Origin: Candidatus Undinarchaeota archaeon
GTDB taxonomy: Archaea; SpSt-1190; JASMDC01
Assembly (NCBI GenBank): GCA_964519305.1
Contig: CAZFHY010000025.1
Location: 1 to 17,279 of the forward strand
Direction of reading: 5' to 3'
DNA: 17,279 nt
The notes below the pieces were generated by a model that had not been told where the DNA came from, did no database searches, and saw only the letters and a program-made list of their open reading frames with translations. Both the position numbers and the translations under genes were made by a program. How positions within the stretch are numbered: position 1 is the first letter of the stretch; every line of letters starts with the position of its first letter. Below are positions 1-9,074 of this stretch, in pieces.

Positions 1-78
1 CAGGTCCAGCAAGAACAGCAGGAGTGGCCTCAGCCTCAACAGGTCCAGCAAGAACAGCAGCAGTGGCCTCAGCAACCT
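1..78 (+). repeat. 39-bp imperfect in-frame tandem repeat (13 aa, QVQQEQQxWPQxx), at least 2 copies, cut by the window edge
   Basis: caggtccagcaagaacagcag(g/c)agtggcctcagc starts at both position 1 and position 40. Confidence 0.85.
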
Positions 79-213
79 CCCCAGGAACCGGAGCTCGTCG
101 GCCAGCGGATGCGTGAGGACGGGACCATGGAGGAAATGTCCCCGGAGGAAGCGAAGGCCTTGGCAGAGGAGGCAGAGAAGGCCTTCAAGGACCTCGAGGA
201 CATGGACATCTGA
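1..213 (+). CDS. Partial (5'-truncated) Gln/Pro/Glu-rich repeat protein, C-terminus
   Basis: Frame 1 is open from base 1 to TGA at 211-213 and reads QVQQEQQEWPQPQQVQQEQQQWPQQPPQEPELVGQRMREDGTMEEMSPEEAKALAEEAEKAFKDLEDMDI*. It is absent from the ORF track because the start lies outside the window. A T-tract follows. Confidence 0.75.
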   Translation, partial: QVQQEQQEWPQPQQVQQEQQQWPQQPPQEPELVGQRMREDGTMEEMSPEEAKALAEEAEKAFKDLEDMDI

Positions 214-235
214 AGCTCGTCGTCGGCGAGTGCTT

Positions 236-248
236 ATTTTTTTATATT
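236..248 (+). promoter_or_regulatory. Putative archaeal TATA box (TTTATA 241-246) for ATPase 1; the T7 tract (237-243) may also terminate the upstream gene
   Basis: AT-rich island ATTTTTTTATATT in GC-rich DNA, about 30 nt before ATG 278. Confidence 0.55.
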
Positions 249-277
249 AGAAGGGCGGGGACTCATACGCATATACT

Positions 278-2959
278 ATGGACCCGTACTGGCACCACGT
301 CTCGTACAGGGATGTTTACGATCATCTCGATACTTGCGAGACAGGCCTAACCGAAGAGGAAACACTTCCTCGCGTCGATAAGTACGGGCTCAATGAACTG
401 GAGGAGGAAGAGGGATTCTCCGTTCTCGAGCTCCTCCTTGAGCCGTTCCAGGACTTCATCATCATTCTTCTTATGATAGGGCTGGTCATCTCCGCCCTAC
501 TCGGAGATGAGCGGTCGGCCATCGGTATCGCCGTTGCGATCGCGATAAACGTCACCGTGAGCTTCATCCAGGAGTACCGCGCCGAGAAGGCCATCAAGGC
601 CCTTAAACAATTGGGCGCCCTTCAAGCAAAGGTCATCAGAGGGAACGAAGAGCGCATCATCCCTGCTCGCGATCTGGTCCCCGGTGATGTCGTCGTCCTC
701 GAGGTCGGCTCCAAGGTCCCCGCCGATATCCGCCTCACCGAGGTGCACAACCTCTATATCGATGAGAGCACGCTCACCGGCGAGTCCCTGCCGGTCGAGA
801 AGAACACGAGCGCTATCAGCGAGGATACGCAGCTCTCCGAACAGTCGAACATGGCCTTCTCCAGCACCGTCGTCACCGCTGGCCGAGGGAAAGGCGTCGT
901 GGTGGCCACGGGCAGGAACACCCAGATCGGCACTATCGCAGACCTCGTTCGCGAGGCCGAGGAGGAGCAGACCCCCCTACAGGAACGTCTGGACGACCTC
1001 GGAAAGCAGATAGGCTGGTTCGGTATCAGTGTGTGCATCCTCTTCTTCCTCATCGGGACCCTGACCAAGGACCCATCGAAAGCGCTCGCGGTCCATGTCG
1101 TCGACATGTTCCTCACGGCAGTGGCATTGGGCGTAGCAGTGGTGCCCGAAGGTCTCGCCGCCGTGGTGACCATCACGTTGGCCATCGGGCTCACCCGCTT
1201 GGCACGGGTCAACGGGATCATCCGCAAGCTTCCCGCCGTGGAGACGCTCGGGTGCGCAACGGTGATCTGCAGCGACAAGACAGGAACGCTCACCAAGAAC
1301 GAGATCACCGTCCGTGAGCTGTACGTGAACGACCGTCTCATCCAGCTGGAGCACACCAATAAGAAACCCGATGTCGACGAACACCTCAGCCTACTGCTCC
1401 GGTCGGCATCCCTCTGCAACAACGCGAACCGCTCCGAAGGAGGCATCATCGGCGATCCGCTGGAAGGCGCTCTCATAATGATGTCCGACGACCTCGGTGT
1501 GGACCACCGCTCCATCCGGACCGCCTCACCACGGGTCCACGAGGTGCCCTTCGATCCTAAGAACAAGTACATGGCCACCATCCACACCACGCTCGATGGC
1601 CAGATCGCCTACGTCAAGGGTGCTCCCGAGACCATCATAGGTCTGTGCAACAAGGAGTTCTCCCAGGGGAACGAGCACAAGCTCACTGACCACCGGCGCA
1701 CCGAGTTCCTAGAGACCTGCCACGACATGGCCCGGCGTGGATTGCGTGTGTTCGGCTTCGCATACCAGCGGACGGCTGGTGATGTATGCTCCTACAAGCC
1801 CTCGAAGCTCGTGTTCATAGGCCTCATGGGGATGATGGATCCTCCGCGTGAGGAGGCCATCGACGCCGTGGAGATATGTAAGGAGGCCGGGGTCCGTGTT
1901 GTGATGATCACCGGGGACCACAAGCTCACGGCAGAGGCGATCGCCAAGGAGATGGGAATCCTCGGGGATGACCATCTAGTGCTAGAGGGGCGTGAGATCG
2001 ACGATATGGACGACGACGAGCTCAATTGCATCGTCGAGCAGGCCACAGTGTTCGCACGAGCCACCCCTGAACATAAGACAAGAATCGTCAAGGCCCTCAA
2101 GGAGAACGGTCACGTCACCGCCATGACGGGCGACGGTGTGAACGATGCACCTGCCCTGAAGAACGCCTCCATCGGCATCGCCATGGGTATGAAGGGCACG
2201 GACGTCGCGAAGGAGGCGTCGGACATGATCCTGGCCGACGATAACTTCGCCACAATCGTTAAGGCCGTCAAGGAGGGCAGGACCATCTATGCCAATATCA
2301 AGAAGTTCCTGCGCTTCCAGCTCACGACCAACGTATCTGCGATAGTCACTGTGTTCTTCATCCCTCTCCTCAAGCTACCGATAGACACCTTCGAGGCCAT
2401 CCACCTCCTGTGGATCAACCTCATCATGGACGGGCCTCCTGCGTTGGCACTGGGTGCTGAACCGGCACCCCTCGACATCATGACGAAGAAGCCCAGGGAT
2501 CCCGACGAGGACGTTCTCACCAAGCGCATGCTCGCAACCATCGTGGTCACCGGCCTTTACCGCGCCATCGCCACGATCTTCACCCTGTGGTGGTTCCTCC
2601 AGTCTGACCCGTCACCTGCAGGGCAGGTGCGCGCAAAGACCATGGCGTTCACCACGTTCATCCTATTCCAGTTCTTCAACTGCTTCAACTGCAAGTCAGA
2701 GAAGTCCATCATGGAGATGAACCTCCTCTCCAACATATACCTCTACATGGCCGTCTTCGGATCATTCTTCCTCCAGGTGGTAATTGTCCACCATCCTCCC
2801 GTGGCCGCGTTCTTCAACGTCGCACCAATGCCATTGAGCGACTGGCTGCTCGCCTTCAGCATTGCCTTCTCGGGTGTGCTGGTGGAGGAGATGCGCAAGG
2901 CCCATGACCGCTATGTCCAGCAGTCCGAGGAGAGGCAGATCCCTGAGGTACTAGCGTAG
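278..2959 (+). CDS. P-type cation-transporting ATPase, type IIA (Ca2+/Mn2+, SPCA/PMR1-like), paralog 1
   Basis: 893 aa. Motifs LTGES, M4 VPEGL, phosphorylation site CSDKTGTLT, VKGAPE, MITGD, TGDGVNDAPALK, M5 KFLRFQLTTNVSA and M6 LWINLIMDGPPA, with about 10 hydrophobic segments. Confidence 0.95.
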   Translation: MDPYWHHVSYRDVYDHLDTCETGLTEEETLPRVDKYGLNELEEEEGFSVLELLLEPFQDFIIILLMIGLVISALLGDERSAIGIAVAIAINVTVSFIQEYRAEKAIKALKQLGALQAKVIRGNEERIIPARDLVPGDVVVLEVGSKVPADIRLTEVHNLYIDESTLTGESLPVEKNTSAISEDTQLSEQSNMAFSSTVVTAGRGKGVVVATGRNTQIGTIADLVREAEEEQTPLQERLDDLGKQIGWFGISVCILFFLIGTLTKDPSKALAVHVVDMFLTAVALGVAVVPEGLAAVVTITLAIGLTRLARVNGIIRKLPAVETLGCATVICSDKTGTLTKNEITVRELYVNDRLIQLEHTNKKPDVDEHLSLLLRSASLCNNANRSEGGIIGDPLEGALIMMSDDLGVDHRSIRTASPRVHEVPFDPKNKYMATIHTTLDGQIAYVKGAPETIIGLCNKEFSQGNEHKLTDHRRTEFLETCHDMARRGLRVFGFAYQRTAGDVCSYKPSKLVFIGLMGMMDPPREEAIDAVEICKEAGVRVVMITGDHKLTAEAIAKEMGILGDDHLVLEGREIDDMDDDELNCIVEQATVFARATPEHKTRIVKALKENGHVTAMTGDGVNDAPALKNASIGIAMGMKGTDVAKEASDMILADDNFATIVKAVKEGRTIYANIKKFLRFQLTTNVSAIVTVFFIPLLKLPIDTFEAIHLLWINLIMDGPPALALGAEPAPLDIMTKKPRDPDEDVLTKRMLATIVVTGLYRAIATIFTLWWFLQSDPSPAGQVRAKTMAFTTFILFQFFNCFNCKSEKSIMEMNLLSNIYLYMAVFGSFFLQVVIVHHPPVAAFFNVAPMPLSDWLLAFSIAFSGVLVEEMRKAHDRYVQQSEERQIPEVLA

Positions 2960-2974
2960 GATCAGGTACACCAG

Positions 2975-5716
2975 CTAGTCGTACGCCTCATCCCACATCC
3001 GTTCCTGGGCCTTCCGTATTTCTGTGAGACCGAGTATAGCGAATCCCGCGAGTGAGAGCTTGGCCGCATCGGCCACGGGGAGCACGGAAGTACCTAGCAT
3101 CCCGGCCACTGGCGTGAACACGACGACCGCCAATATCACCGCCGAAGCGAGCACCGAGATTATGAGCGAGGGATTGGATAGCGGATTGATATGGACCAGG
3201 GACACCCTGTGGGTCCGACAACCGAACGCCAGGAAGAGCTGCATGAGCACGAAGAGGGCGAACACCGAAGCTCTCGCCACACCAAGATCCCCGGCATCGA
3301 TGTACCGCTGGAACAGCCACAGACAGGAACCGGCGATGACGAGCCCGTATAGGACGACATCGGTCATTATATCACGTGAGAGAAGCCTTTCTTCAGGGTC
3401 CCTCGGTGGTCGGTTCATGATGGAACGTACCGGTGGCTCAAGGCCAAGAGCGAGTGCGGGGGGACCGTCCATCACTATATTGATGAGAAGGATCTGAATG
3501 GGAGTGAGCGGGGCCGGCATCCCGATAGCCGTGGCGACGAACATGAGCGTGAGGGCTGCGACGTTCGCGGTCAGCTGGAACCGGAGGAACTTGCGCAGGT
3601 TCGTATAGATAGTGCGCCCCTCCTTCACTGCGGTCACGATCGTCGCGAAATTGTCATCCGCCAGGATCATATCAGACGTTTCCTTGGCAACATCGGTACC
3701 GATGATCGCCATGGACACACCTATGTCGGCCTTGCTGAGGGCGGGTGCGTCATTGACACCGTCACCGGTCATGGCGACGATGTGGCCCTTGGCCTTCAAT
3801 GCTTCGAGGATCCGCACCTTGTGCTCCGGGGTCACGCGAGAGAACACATTACATTGCATGACCTCCTCCCCAAAGGCCTCGTCATCCATTTCATCGATCT
3901 CCGAGCCGGTGTACGCTATCCCGTCATCTTCGAGGATGCCCAGTTCACGAGCCACTGCCATCGCAGTATGCTTCTGATCGCCTGTGATCATGACCACGCG
4001 TATTCCAGCATCCCTGCACTGCGCAACGGCGTCGTGCACTTCGGCTCGAGCGGGATCGATCATTCCCACAAGACCTGCGAACACAAGACCGGTGCGATCG
4101 TCCTTCCGGTCGCCATCACCATAGGCGAAGGCAAGAACTCGCATGGCCTTCTCGCAGAAGGCGTCATTGACCTCCTCGATACATGCCACTTGGTCCGGGC
4201 CGAGCGGAAGTGACTTACCATCGAAGTATACATGGTCGCACATGTCGATCACGACATCAAGGGCACCCTTCACGAACGTCACGGTGGCGCCCGAGTCGTG
4301 GTCCTGATGAACAGTCACCATATGACGGATATCGGACTCGAAGGGCACCTCATCGATCCGCTTGAGCCTCTTAGTGAGGGCATCGGTCATTCCGACCTTG
4401 TACCCGAGGACCTTCAGGGCAGCTTCGGTGGGATCCCCGATCGCCTCGCCGTCCACTAGAGCGGCATTGTTGCACAGGAAGGCCACCTCTGCGATCGGAA
4501 AGAGCTCTTCCGGATCGGACTGGGCCTGACGGCCGTTGACATCGGCTGCGGCCTCGCCCGCGGTATCGGCACTGTGGCTGCCTACGCTAACATCAGGATC
4601 GAAGAAGAAGTCACCGTGATGGGAATACCCGTCACCGGTGACCAGATAGCTCCGTCCGTTGAAGAACACCTCGCGAACGGTCATCTTGTTATGGGTCAAC
4701 GTGCCCGTCTTGTCCGAGCAGATGACCGTTGTGCAGCCGAGCGTTTCTACTGCGGGCAGCTGTTTGACGATCGCCCTTTCTTCGGCCATACGTCGCATAC
4801 CCAGAGCGAGCGTGACCGTCACGACCGTCGGCAAGCCTTCCGGGATAGCTGCCACGGCAAGGCTCACGGAGACCGAGAACACCTCGACCAGATCCTGTCC
4901 GGACATCATCGACAGCATGAAGAAGAGCGTGCAAACCAGCACTGCGAACGCACCCAGCTTCGTCGCCAGGTCAGCGATCTGTACCTGCAGCGGAGTGGGC
5001 GCGGGTTCCTCGCTGACAATGCTCGCGATCCGGCCCATCTCCGTGTCGGTGCCGGTACCGATGACAACGGCCACGGCCCTTCCACGCGTCACATGTGTCC
5101 CCATGTAGATCATGTTGGCCCTCTCGGCAAGGGGCATATCACCAGTAATCCGATCCGCATGTTTTGCCACGGGGAGCGACTCTCCGGTCAGGGAGGATTC
5201 ATCGACCTGGAACGAGTAGGCCTCTATAAGCCGGGCATCGGCAGGTACCTTCTCGCCCTCTTCCAGAAGGAGGATGTCACCGGGGACTATGTCAACGACC
5301 TCGACGATCTCTTCAGTGTCGTCACGCAGCATCCTGGCCGTGAAGCTGGACATCCGCTTCAGCGCGTCCACCGAGCGCCGGGACATGATCTCCTGACGGA
5401 ACCCGAGCGAGCAGTTCAGCACTGTCGCAAGAAAGATACCTACAGCATCCTTGGTCTTCCCGACAAGATATGATACGACAGCTGACACAAGAAGAAGTAG
5501 GATGAGCGGCTCAAGGAACTGGTCGAGGAGCAGACGCCACGCGGGTCGTCGCTCCGCCTCGGGGAGTCTGTTTGGCCCGAAGCGCTTCAGGCGTTCGGCC
5601 ACCTGTCGCCCTGAGAGCCCTGAAAGGGTTGTCCCCATCTCAACGAGCACGTCGTCTAATCGCTTCTTGTACACAGGGTCTTCCGCGGCCACGAAGCGCG
5701 AGTGGTCAACGACCAT
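2975..5716 (-). CDS. P-type cation-transporting ATPase, type IIA (Ca2+/Mn2+, SPCA/PMR1-like), paralog 2
   Basis: 913 aa. Motifs LTGES, IPEGL, CSDKTGTLT, VKGA, MITGD, TGDGVNDAPALS, M5 KFLRFQLTANVAAL and M6 QILLINIVMDGPPA. AGGAGG lies 8 nt upstream of the ATG. Confidence 0.95.
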   Translation of the reverse strand: MVVDHSRFVAAEDPVYKKRLDDVLVEMGTTLSGLSGRQVAERLKRFGPNRLPEAERRPAWRLLLDQFLEPLILLLLVSAVVSYLVGKTKDAVGIFLATVLNCSLGFRQEIMSRRSVDALKRMSSFTARMLRDDTEEIVEVVDIVPGDILLLEEGEKVPADARLIEAYSFQVDESSLTGESLPVAKHADRITGDMPLAERANMIYMGTHVTRGRAVAVVIGTGTDTEMGRIASIVSEEPAPTPLQVQIADLATKLGAFAVLVCTLFFMLSMMSGQDLVEVFSVSVSLAVAAIPEGLPTVVTVTLALGMRRMAEERAIVKQLPAVETLGCTTVICSDKTGTLTHNKMTVREVFFNGRSYLVTGDGYSHHGDFFFDPDVSVGSHSADTAGEAAADVNGRQAQSDPEELFPIAEVAFLCNNAALVDGEAIGDPTEAALKVLGYKVGMTDALTKRLKRIDEVPFESDIRHMVTVHQDHDSGATVTFVKGALDVVIDMCDHVYFDGKSLPLGPDQVACIEEVNDAFCEKAMRVLAFAYGDGDRKDDRTGLVFAGLVGMIDPARAEVHDAVAQCRDAGIRVVMITGDQKHTAMAVARELGILEDDGIAYTGSEIDEMDDEAFGEEVMQCNVFSRVTPEHKVRILEALKAKGHIVAMTGDGVNDAPALSKADIGVSMAIIGTDVAKETSDMILADDNFATIVTAVKEGRTIYTNLRKFLRFQLTANVAALTLMFVATAIGMPAPLTPIQILLINIVMDGPPALALGLEPPVRSIMNRPPRDPEERLLSRDIMTDVVLYGLVIAGSCLWLFQRYIDAGDLGVARASVFALFVLMQLFLAFGCRTHRVSLVHINPLSNPSLIISVLASAVILAVVVFTPVAGMLGTSVLPVADAAKLSLAGFAILGLTEIRKAQERMWDEAYD

Positions 5717-5724
5717 ATTAAAAA

Positions 5725-5730
5725 CCTCCT
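5725..5730 (-). promoter_or_regulatory. Shine-Dalgarno site (AGGAGG) for ATPase paralog 2
   Basis: The minus strand reads AGGAGG-TTTTTAAT-ATG. Confidence 0.7.
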
Positions 5731-5773
5731 TATCGAGAGTATATACGAGTATTTATCGCCCGGTGACGAATGC

Positions 5774-7027
5774 CTACGCAATCGGAGTGAGAACGTACAT
5801 GCTGGATGTCGCGCCCCCAGTGTCGGGCACGTGCTCAGGTGTGCAGATACCGAAGGAATCCAGAACGTCACAGCCACCACATCGTTCGGGAGCGGTCTCA
5901 CAAGCAGCCGTCTTAGGCCCGGGTTCGTAGTCGATGAGGCAGGAAAGTTTGTTGCCACAGTCCATCATCAGTTTGGACTTGAGGGCCGCGGCGGTGAGCT
6001 CTTGCTGGTCGGGTAACTTGTGCCTCGCTGCCGCCATTCGGTCGCACAGCACGGTCTTCACGGACACGTCCGCGTCATAACCGAACTCCTGCTTGAAGGT
6101 CTTGTCCGCCTCTTTGTACTTTTCCATCAGGTTCTTCGAGCTCCCCTGGAGCCCCGCCATGTCAGACAGGTGCTGACGGCACACGACGGGCCACTCTTCG
6201 AACGGGGCACGGCGGCACTGGGAGTCGAACTTCTTCTTGACCCCTACCATCGCCTTTAGGTTGAGGGCGATGTCGTGCATGTTCTCAAGGTAGTCGTCCA
6301 CAGCGTCGGTGCTCCTCTTCAGCTCACGCGAGACCTCGCAGAAGCTCTCGAGCCCGGCAAAGTCCTTGGCCACATCGGAGGCCTTGCCTTTGAGCCTCAG
6401 CCACCAATCCTTGAGGGAGAACGTACCACCGATTCCGCAGCTCTCCTTTACACAGTCCAGCCGGTTCTCGCACTCAGCCACCCGCCGTTCCATGTTCTGT
6501 AGGCATTGTGCCTCCTTCATCTGGTCGTTCATCCCCTCGCCGTACGCCTCTATCCGGTAGATCTCCACTGCCTTGTCGGGGTCCGCGCACACCGTGTCGA
6601 CGTCGATATCGTCCGGATCAATGTCGGTTATGGTCTCCTTGAACTCCTCGACCGTGCGATCGATCCCGAGCTGACAGAGGAGCCGGAACTCCTCGATGCG
6701 GTCCTCACAGGTCGAGCATAGCGAGTGAGCATAGTACCGCACTTCGTCGAACTCCCTGCCCAGGATGCAGAGCAGAAGCTCCTTCTTGGTCAGGTAGGCA
6801 TGGGTCTGGCCCATGAAACCGGCCGTGGTCGAAGCCCGGGTGAACGAGGGGCATGCTCCCATGTCAAGGTCCGCTGAGAAGTCCTTGAGATCGGCCTTGT
6901 ACGCCTGGCCGATAGCTTCTTCCTCCAAGAGCACGGCCTTGCACGTCTCCTGCTCGAAGGGTGGGGGGACGCACTCGATGGCCATTGTCGGGAGCGTGAG
7001 CATTAGTACAACTAAGAGAGCGATCAT
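5774..7027 (-). CDS. Hypothetical secreted, Cys-rich, predominantly alpha-helical protein (~417 aa)
   Basis: Track ORF 5774..7075. I moved the start to ATG 7027 because MIALLVVLMLTLPTMA looks like a signal peptide and this removes the overlap with the upstream gene. About 22 Cys and charged helical heptad-like stretches. No family recognised. Confidence 0.8.
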   Translation of the reverse strand: MIALLVVLMLTLPTMAIECVPPPFEQETCKAVLLEEEAIGQAYKADLKDFSADLDMGACPSFTRASTTAGFMGQTHAYLTKKELLLCILGREFDEVRYYAHSLCSTCEDRIEEFRLLCQLGIDRTVEEFKETITDIDPDDIDVDTVCADPDKAVEIYRIEAYGEGMNDQMKEAQCLQNMERRVAECENRLDCVKESCGIGGTFSLKDWWLRLKGKASDVAKDFAGLESFCEVSRELKRSTDAVDDYLENMHDIALNLKAMVGVKKKFDSQCRRAPFEEWPVVCRQHLSDMAGLQGSSKNLMEKYKEADKTFKQEFGYDADVSVKTVLCDRMAAARHKLPDQQELTAAALKSKLMMDCGNKLSCLIDYEPGPKTAACETAPERCGGCDVLDSFGICTPEHVPDTGGATSSMYVLTPIA

Positions 7028-7043
7028 CGCCGGGCTGCGGGAG

Positions 7044-9074
7044 CTATCCAAGGCTGCATCCCTCCTCCCATCCACCAGGGTTCTGTATGAGCGTGACAGG
7101 GCTCTGGGCGAGGACCGTAGTACCCTTCCTTAGCAGGAGGTTCCCTGTCGCCGGAACGGCAGGGAGCGCGCCGTCCAGGCATCCTGTCGCGAAGGATGTG
7201 CGGATGAGCACTCCGCGTGGTGTGGAGAGCATGCTCGTCACCTTCCCCTGGACCGTCCGGGGGCCGGCTATTATCTCAGGGACCAAGGAACGCTCGTCCA
7301 ATCCTTCGGTACCATCGGCCTCAACGGTAACGTACACGTCCAGGTCGAACCCGTGGACTAGCTGGAGCTGGAGCACCTGGGGCGGGTCTACACTCACGAT
7401 CTCCATGGATAGAGGGATCGATGTGAGCACTAGGACCGGGAGGGTCGAAGTACCACGTCGGCCGAGGCTATCGATACCGAACGTGAGCTGATGCTGCCCC
7501 AAGGGTGCTCCATCGTCTTGTAGGAAGGCCCGGAGCACGCCCCTGCGTCCGTCCTCGCCCAGCTCGAGCCCGGCGATAGGTGCGATCAAGGTCTTGCTAT
7601 TGACGGTGAAATTGAGCTGCATCTCAGAACGGCGCACTTCGTTGACGGCCTCATCGCTCCCCTGATAGCCGATCGTGAATGGGAGGGTAAGAGTGACGCC
7701 ATTACGGAGGGCTTTTGCGCTCACCTGCCTCTTGTCGTCGAGGAACGCCACATCCAGCTTGCGGTACTGCTCGGGGAATGGGACGGATACGAGTGACGTG
7801 AGCGCGATCACTTCGCCAGCATAATCAATGACCACCTTGAGCGGCTCGTATCCCGGAGTTAGTGTGTTGACATCGAAAGCGGCCGCGATCCTGTGCTCGA
7901 CACCGTTACGCTTATGCTCGATTGCGCTTGCAGGTACGCCGCCAAGGGTCACGGTGAAGGCGTCCTTCCCGGGGACGAGCTGAGGTGGGTTCACAGCCAC
8001 ACCGAACGTTAACATACCATCCTCCATGCTACCCATCTTGGTAAGGTGAGCGAGCATCGTCGGTCGCACGCATCCGTCGGCCTGACAGAGTTGGGCTAGG
8101 CGGCAGGTGGCCACGAGCGCATCTTCATGGAGACACCCACATTCCTTGAAGAAACAGACCTGGCCCGAGTCCACACATCCTATTTCCTTATCCCCCATGC
8201 GCAAGTAACAGGAGTCATGGCCCCTGGTGACTATGTACGGCTGATCACGCCCCGGTTCTGTAAGACATACACCATTGGAGCAGCGCTGGCCGTGGTAGCA
8301 AATGGCCCCTGGTTCGGCGCCACGGAAGCACATGCAGTACGGGTAGTCCATATCGGTGGGCTGGCAGCGTTCCCCGTCCGCTATGCAGGGGATGTCCAGT
8401 CCTGCAGCGGTGAAGTGCCTGTTGACGCACAACGGTGATACTGGGACCTTCGGTCCGATCACAGCGATCTCCCGCGTCCATATCGCGATACGGGTGTTCC
8501 CATGGAAAGACTCCACCACAAGGCGGTATGGCCCGGGCGTAGTTGCCTCGGCTACGGGAAGTTTCGCGATGAGGCATCCGTGGTCCGGGCCGCACCCTAC
8601 CGTCCGGGCAGCGACCTTTGTTCCAAGGCGGGTGGTGATGGTGTACGTGAATGATACGAGAGGGCTAGTGGCGTCGATGTCCTCCACGTTCGTGACGGTC
8701 ACAGGTAGCTTCTCCCCGGCATGGACGTTCTCGGGGACTTCAACGACGAGGGGGTGCTTGAGAGCTATCCGGCCTTTGTAGGTGGAGCCCTTAGCATCGT
8801 TGATAATGGACACAAGCTGGAACTCCAACGCCTCCCGCGTACCAAGGAGATTTGGGATGAACGCGTGCGCAGTACTTGCTTCGGACCCGGTCGTACATGG
8901 CTCTTGCCAGAGCACTTCGTCCTTATCTACCTCCGTGATCAGGAGCAGGTCACAGGGCGGCTGATGTTCTATAGCGATATGATCGCCAGCGATCCGCACG
9001 TCGACCAGGTTGCCAGTAGCAAAGGCGAGCAGGATGAACAGGACCAGTGACAGAGAGCGAGCACGGATCAACAC
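7044..9074 (-). CDS. Hypothetical exported beta-rich (Ig-like) protein with two tandem 8-Cys modules (~676 aa)
   Basis: Long ORF (track start TTG 9080). GGAGGGTGA at 9081-9089 favours GTG 9074 or TTG 9071, overlapping the upstream stop. Signal peptide RARSLSLVLFILLAFATG, beta-strand-like alternating V/I/T patterns, and a Cys cluster at 8070-8429. Confidence 0.82.
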   Translation of the reverse strand: MLIRARSLSLVLFILLAFATGNLVDVRIAGDHIAIEHQPPCDLLLITEVDKDEVLWQEPCTTGSEASTAHAFIPNLLGTREALEFQLVSIINDAKGSTYKGRIALKHPLVVEVPENVHAGEKLPVTVTNVEDIDATSPLVSFTYTITTRLGTKVAARTVGCGPDHGCLIAKLPVAEATTPGPYRLVVESFHGNTRIAIWTREIAVIGPKVPVSPLCVNRHFTAAGLDIPCIADGERCQPTDMDYPYCMCFRGAEPGAICYHGQRCSNGVCLTEPGRDQPYIVTRGHDSCYLRMGDKEIGCVDSGQVCFFKECGCLHEDALVATCRLAQLCQADGCVRPTMLAHLTKMGSMEDGMLTFGVAVNPPQLVPGKDAFTVTLGGVPASAIEHKRNGVEHRIAAAFDVNTLTPGYEPLKVVIDYAGEVIALTSLVSVPFPEQYRKLDVAFLDDKRQVSAKALRNGVTLTLPFTIGYQGSDEAVNEVRRSEMQLNFTVNSKTLIAPIAGLELGEDGRRGVLRAFLQDDGAPLGQHQLTFGIDSLGRRGTSTLPVLVLTSIPLSMEIVSVDPPQVLQLQLVHGFDLDVYVTVEADGTEGLDERSLVPEIIAGPRTVQGKVTSMLSTPRGVLIRTSFATGCLDGALPAVPATGNLLLRKGTTVLAQSPVTLIQNPGGWEEGCSLG

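Noticed and set aside
1-78. 39-bp repeat as a CRISPR array
   Set aside because: The copies are contiguous without spacers and are in frame within a coding sequence.
4574-5473. 299-aa plus-strand ORF, and other long shadow ORFs such as 754..1590, 11554..12201 and 14418..14987
   Set aside because: They are antisense or off-frame to well-supported genes, have no motifs, and are expected from codon bias in GC-rich DNA.
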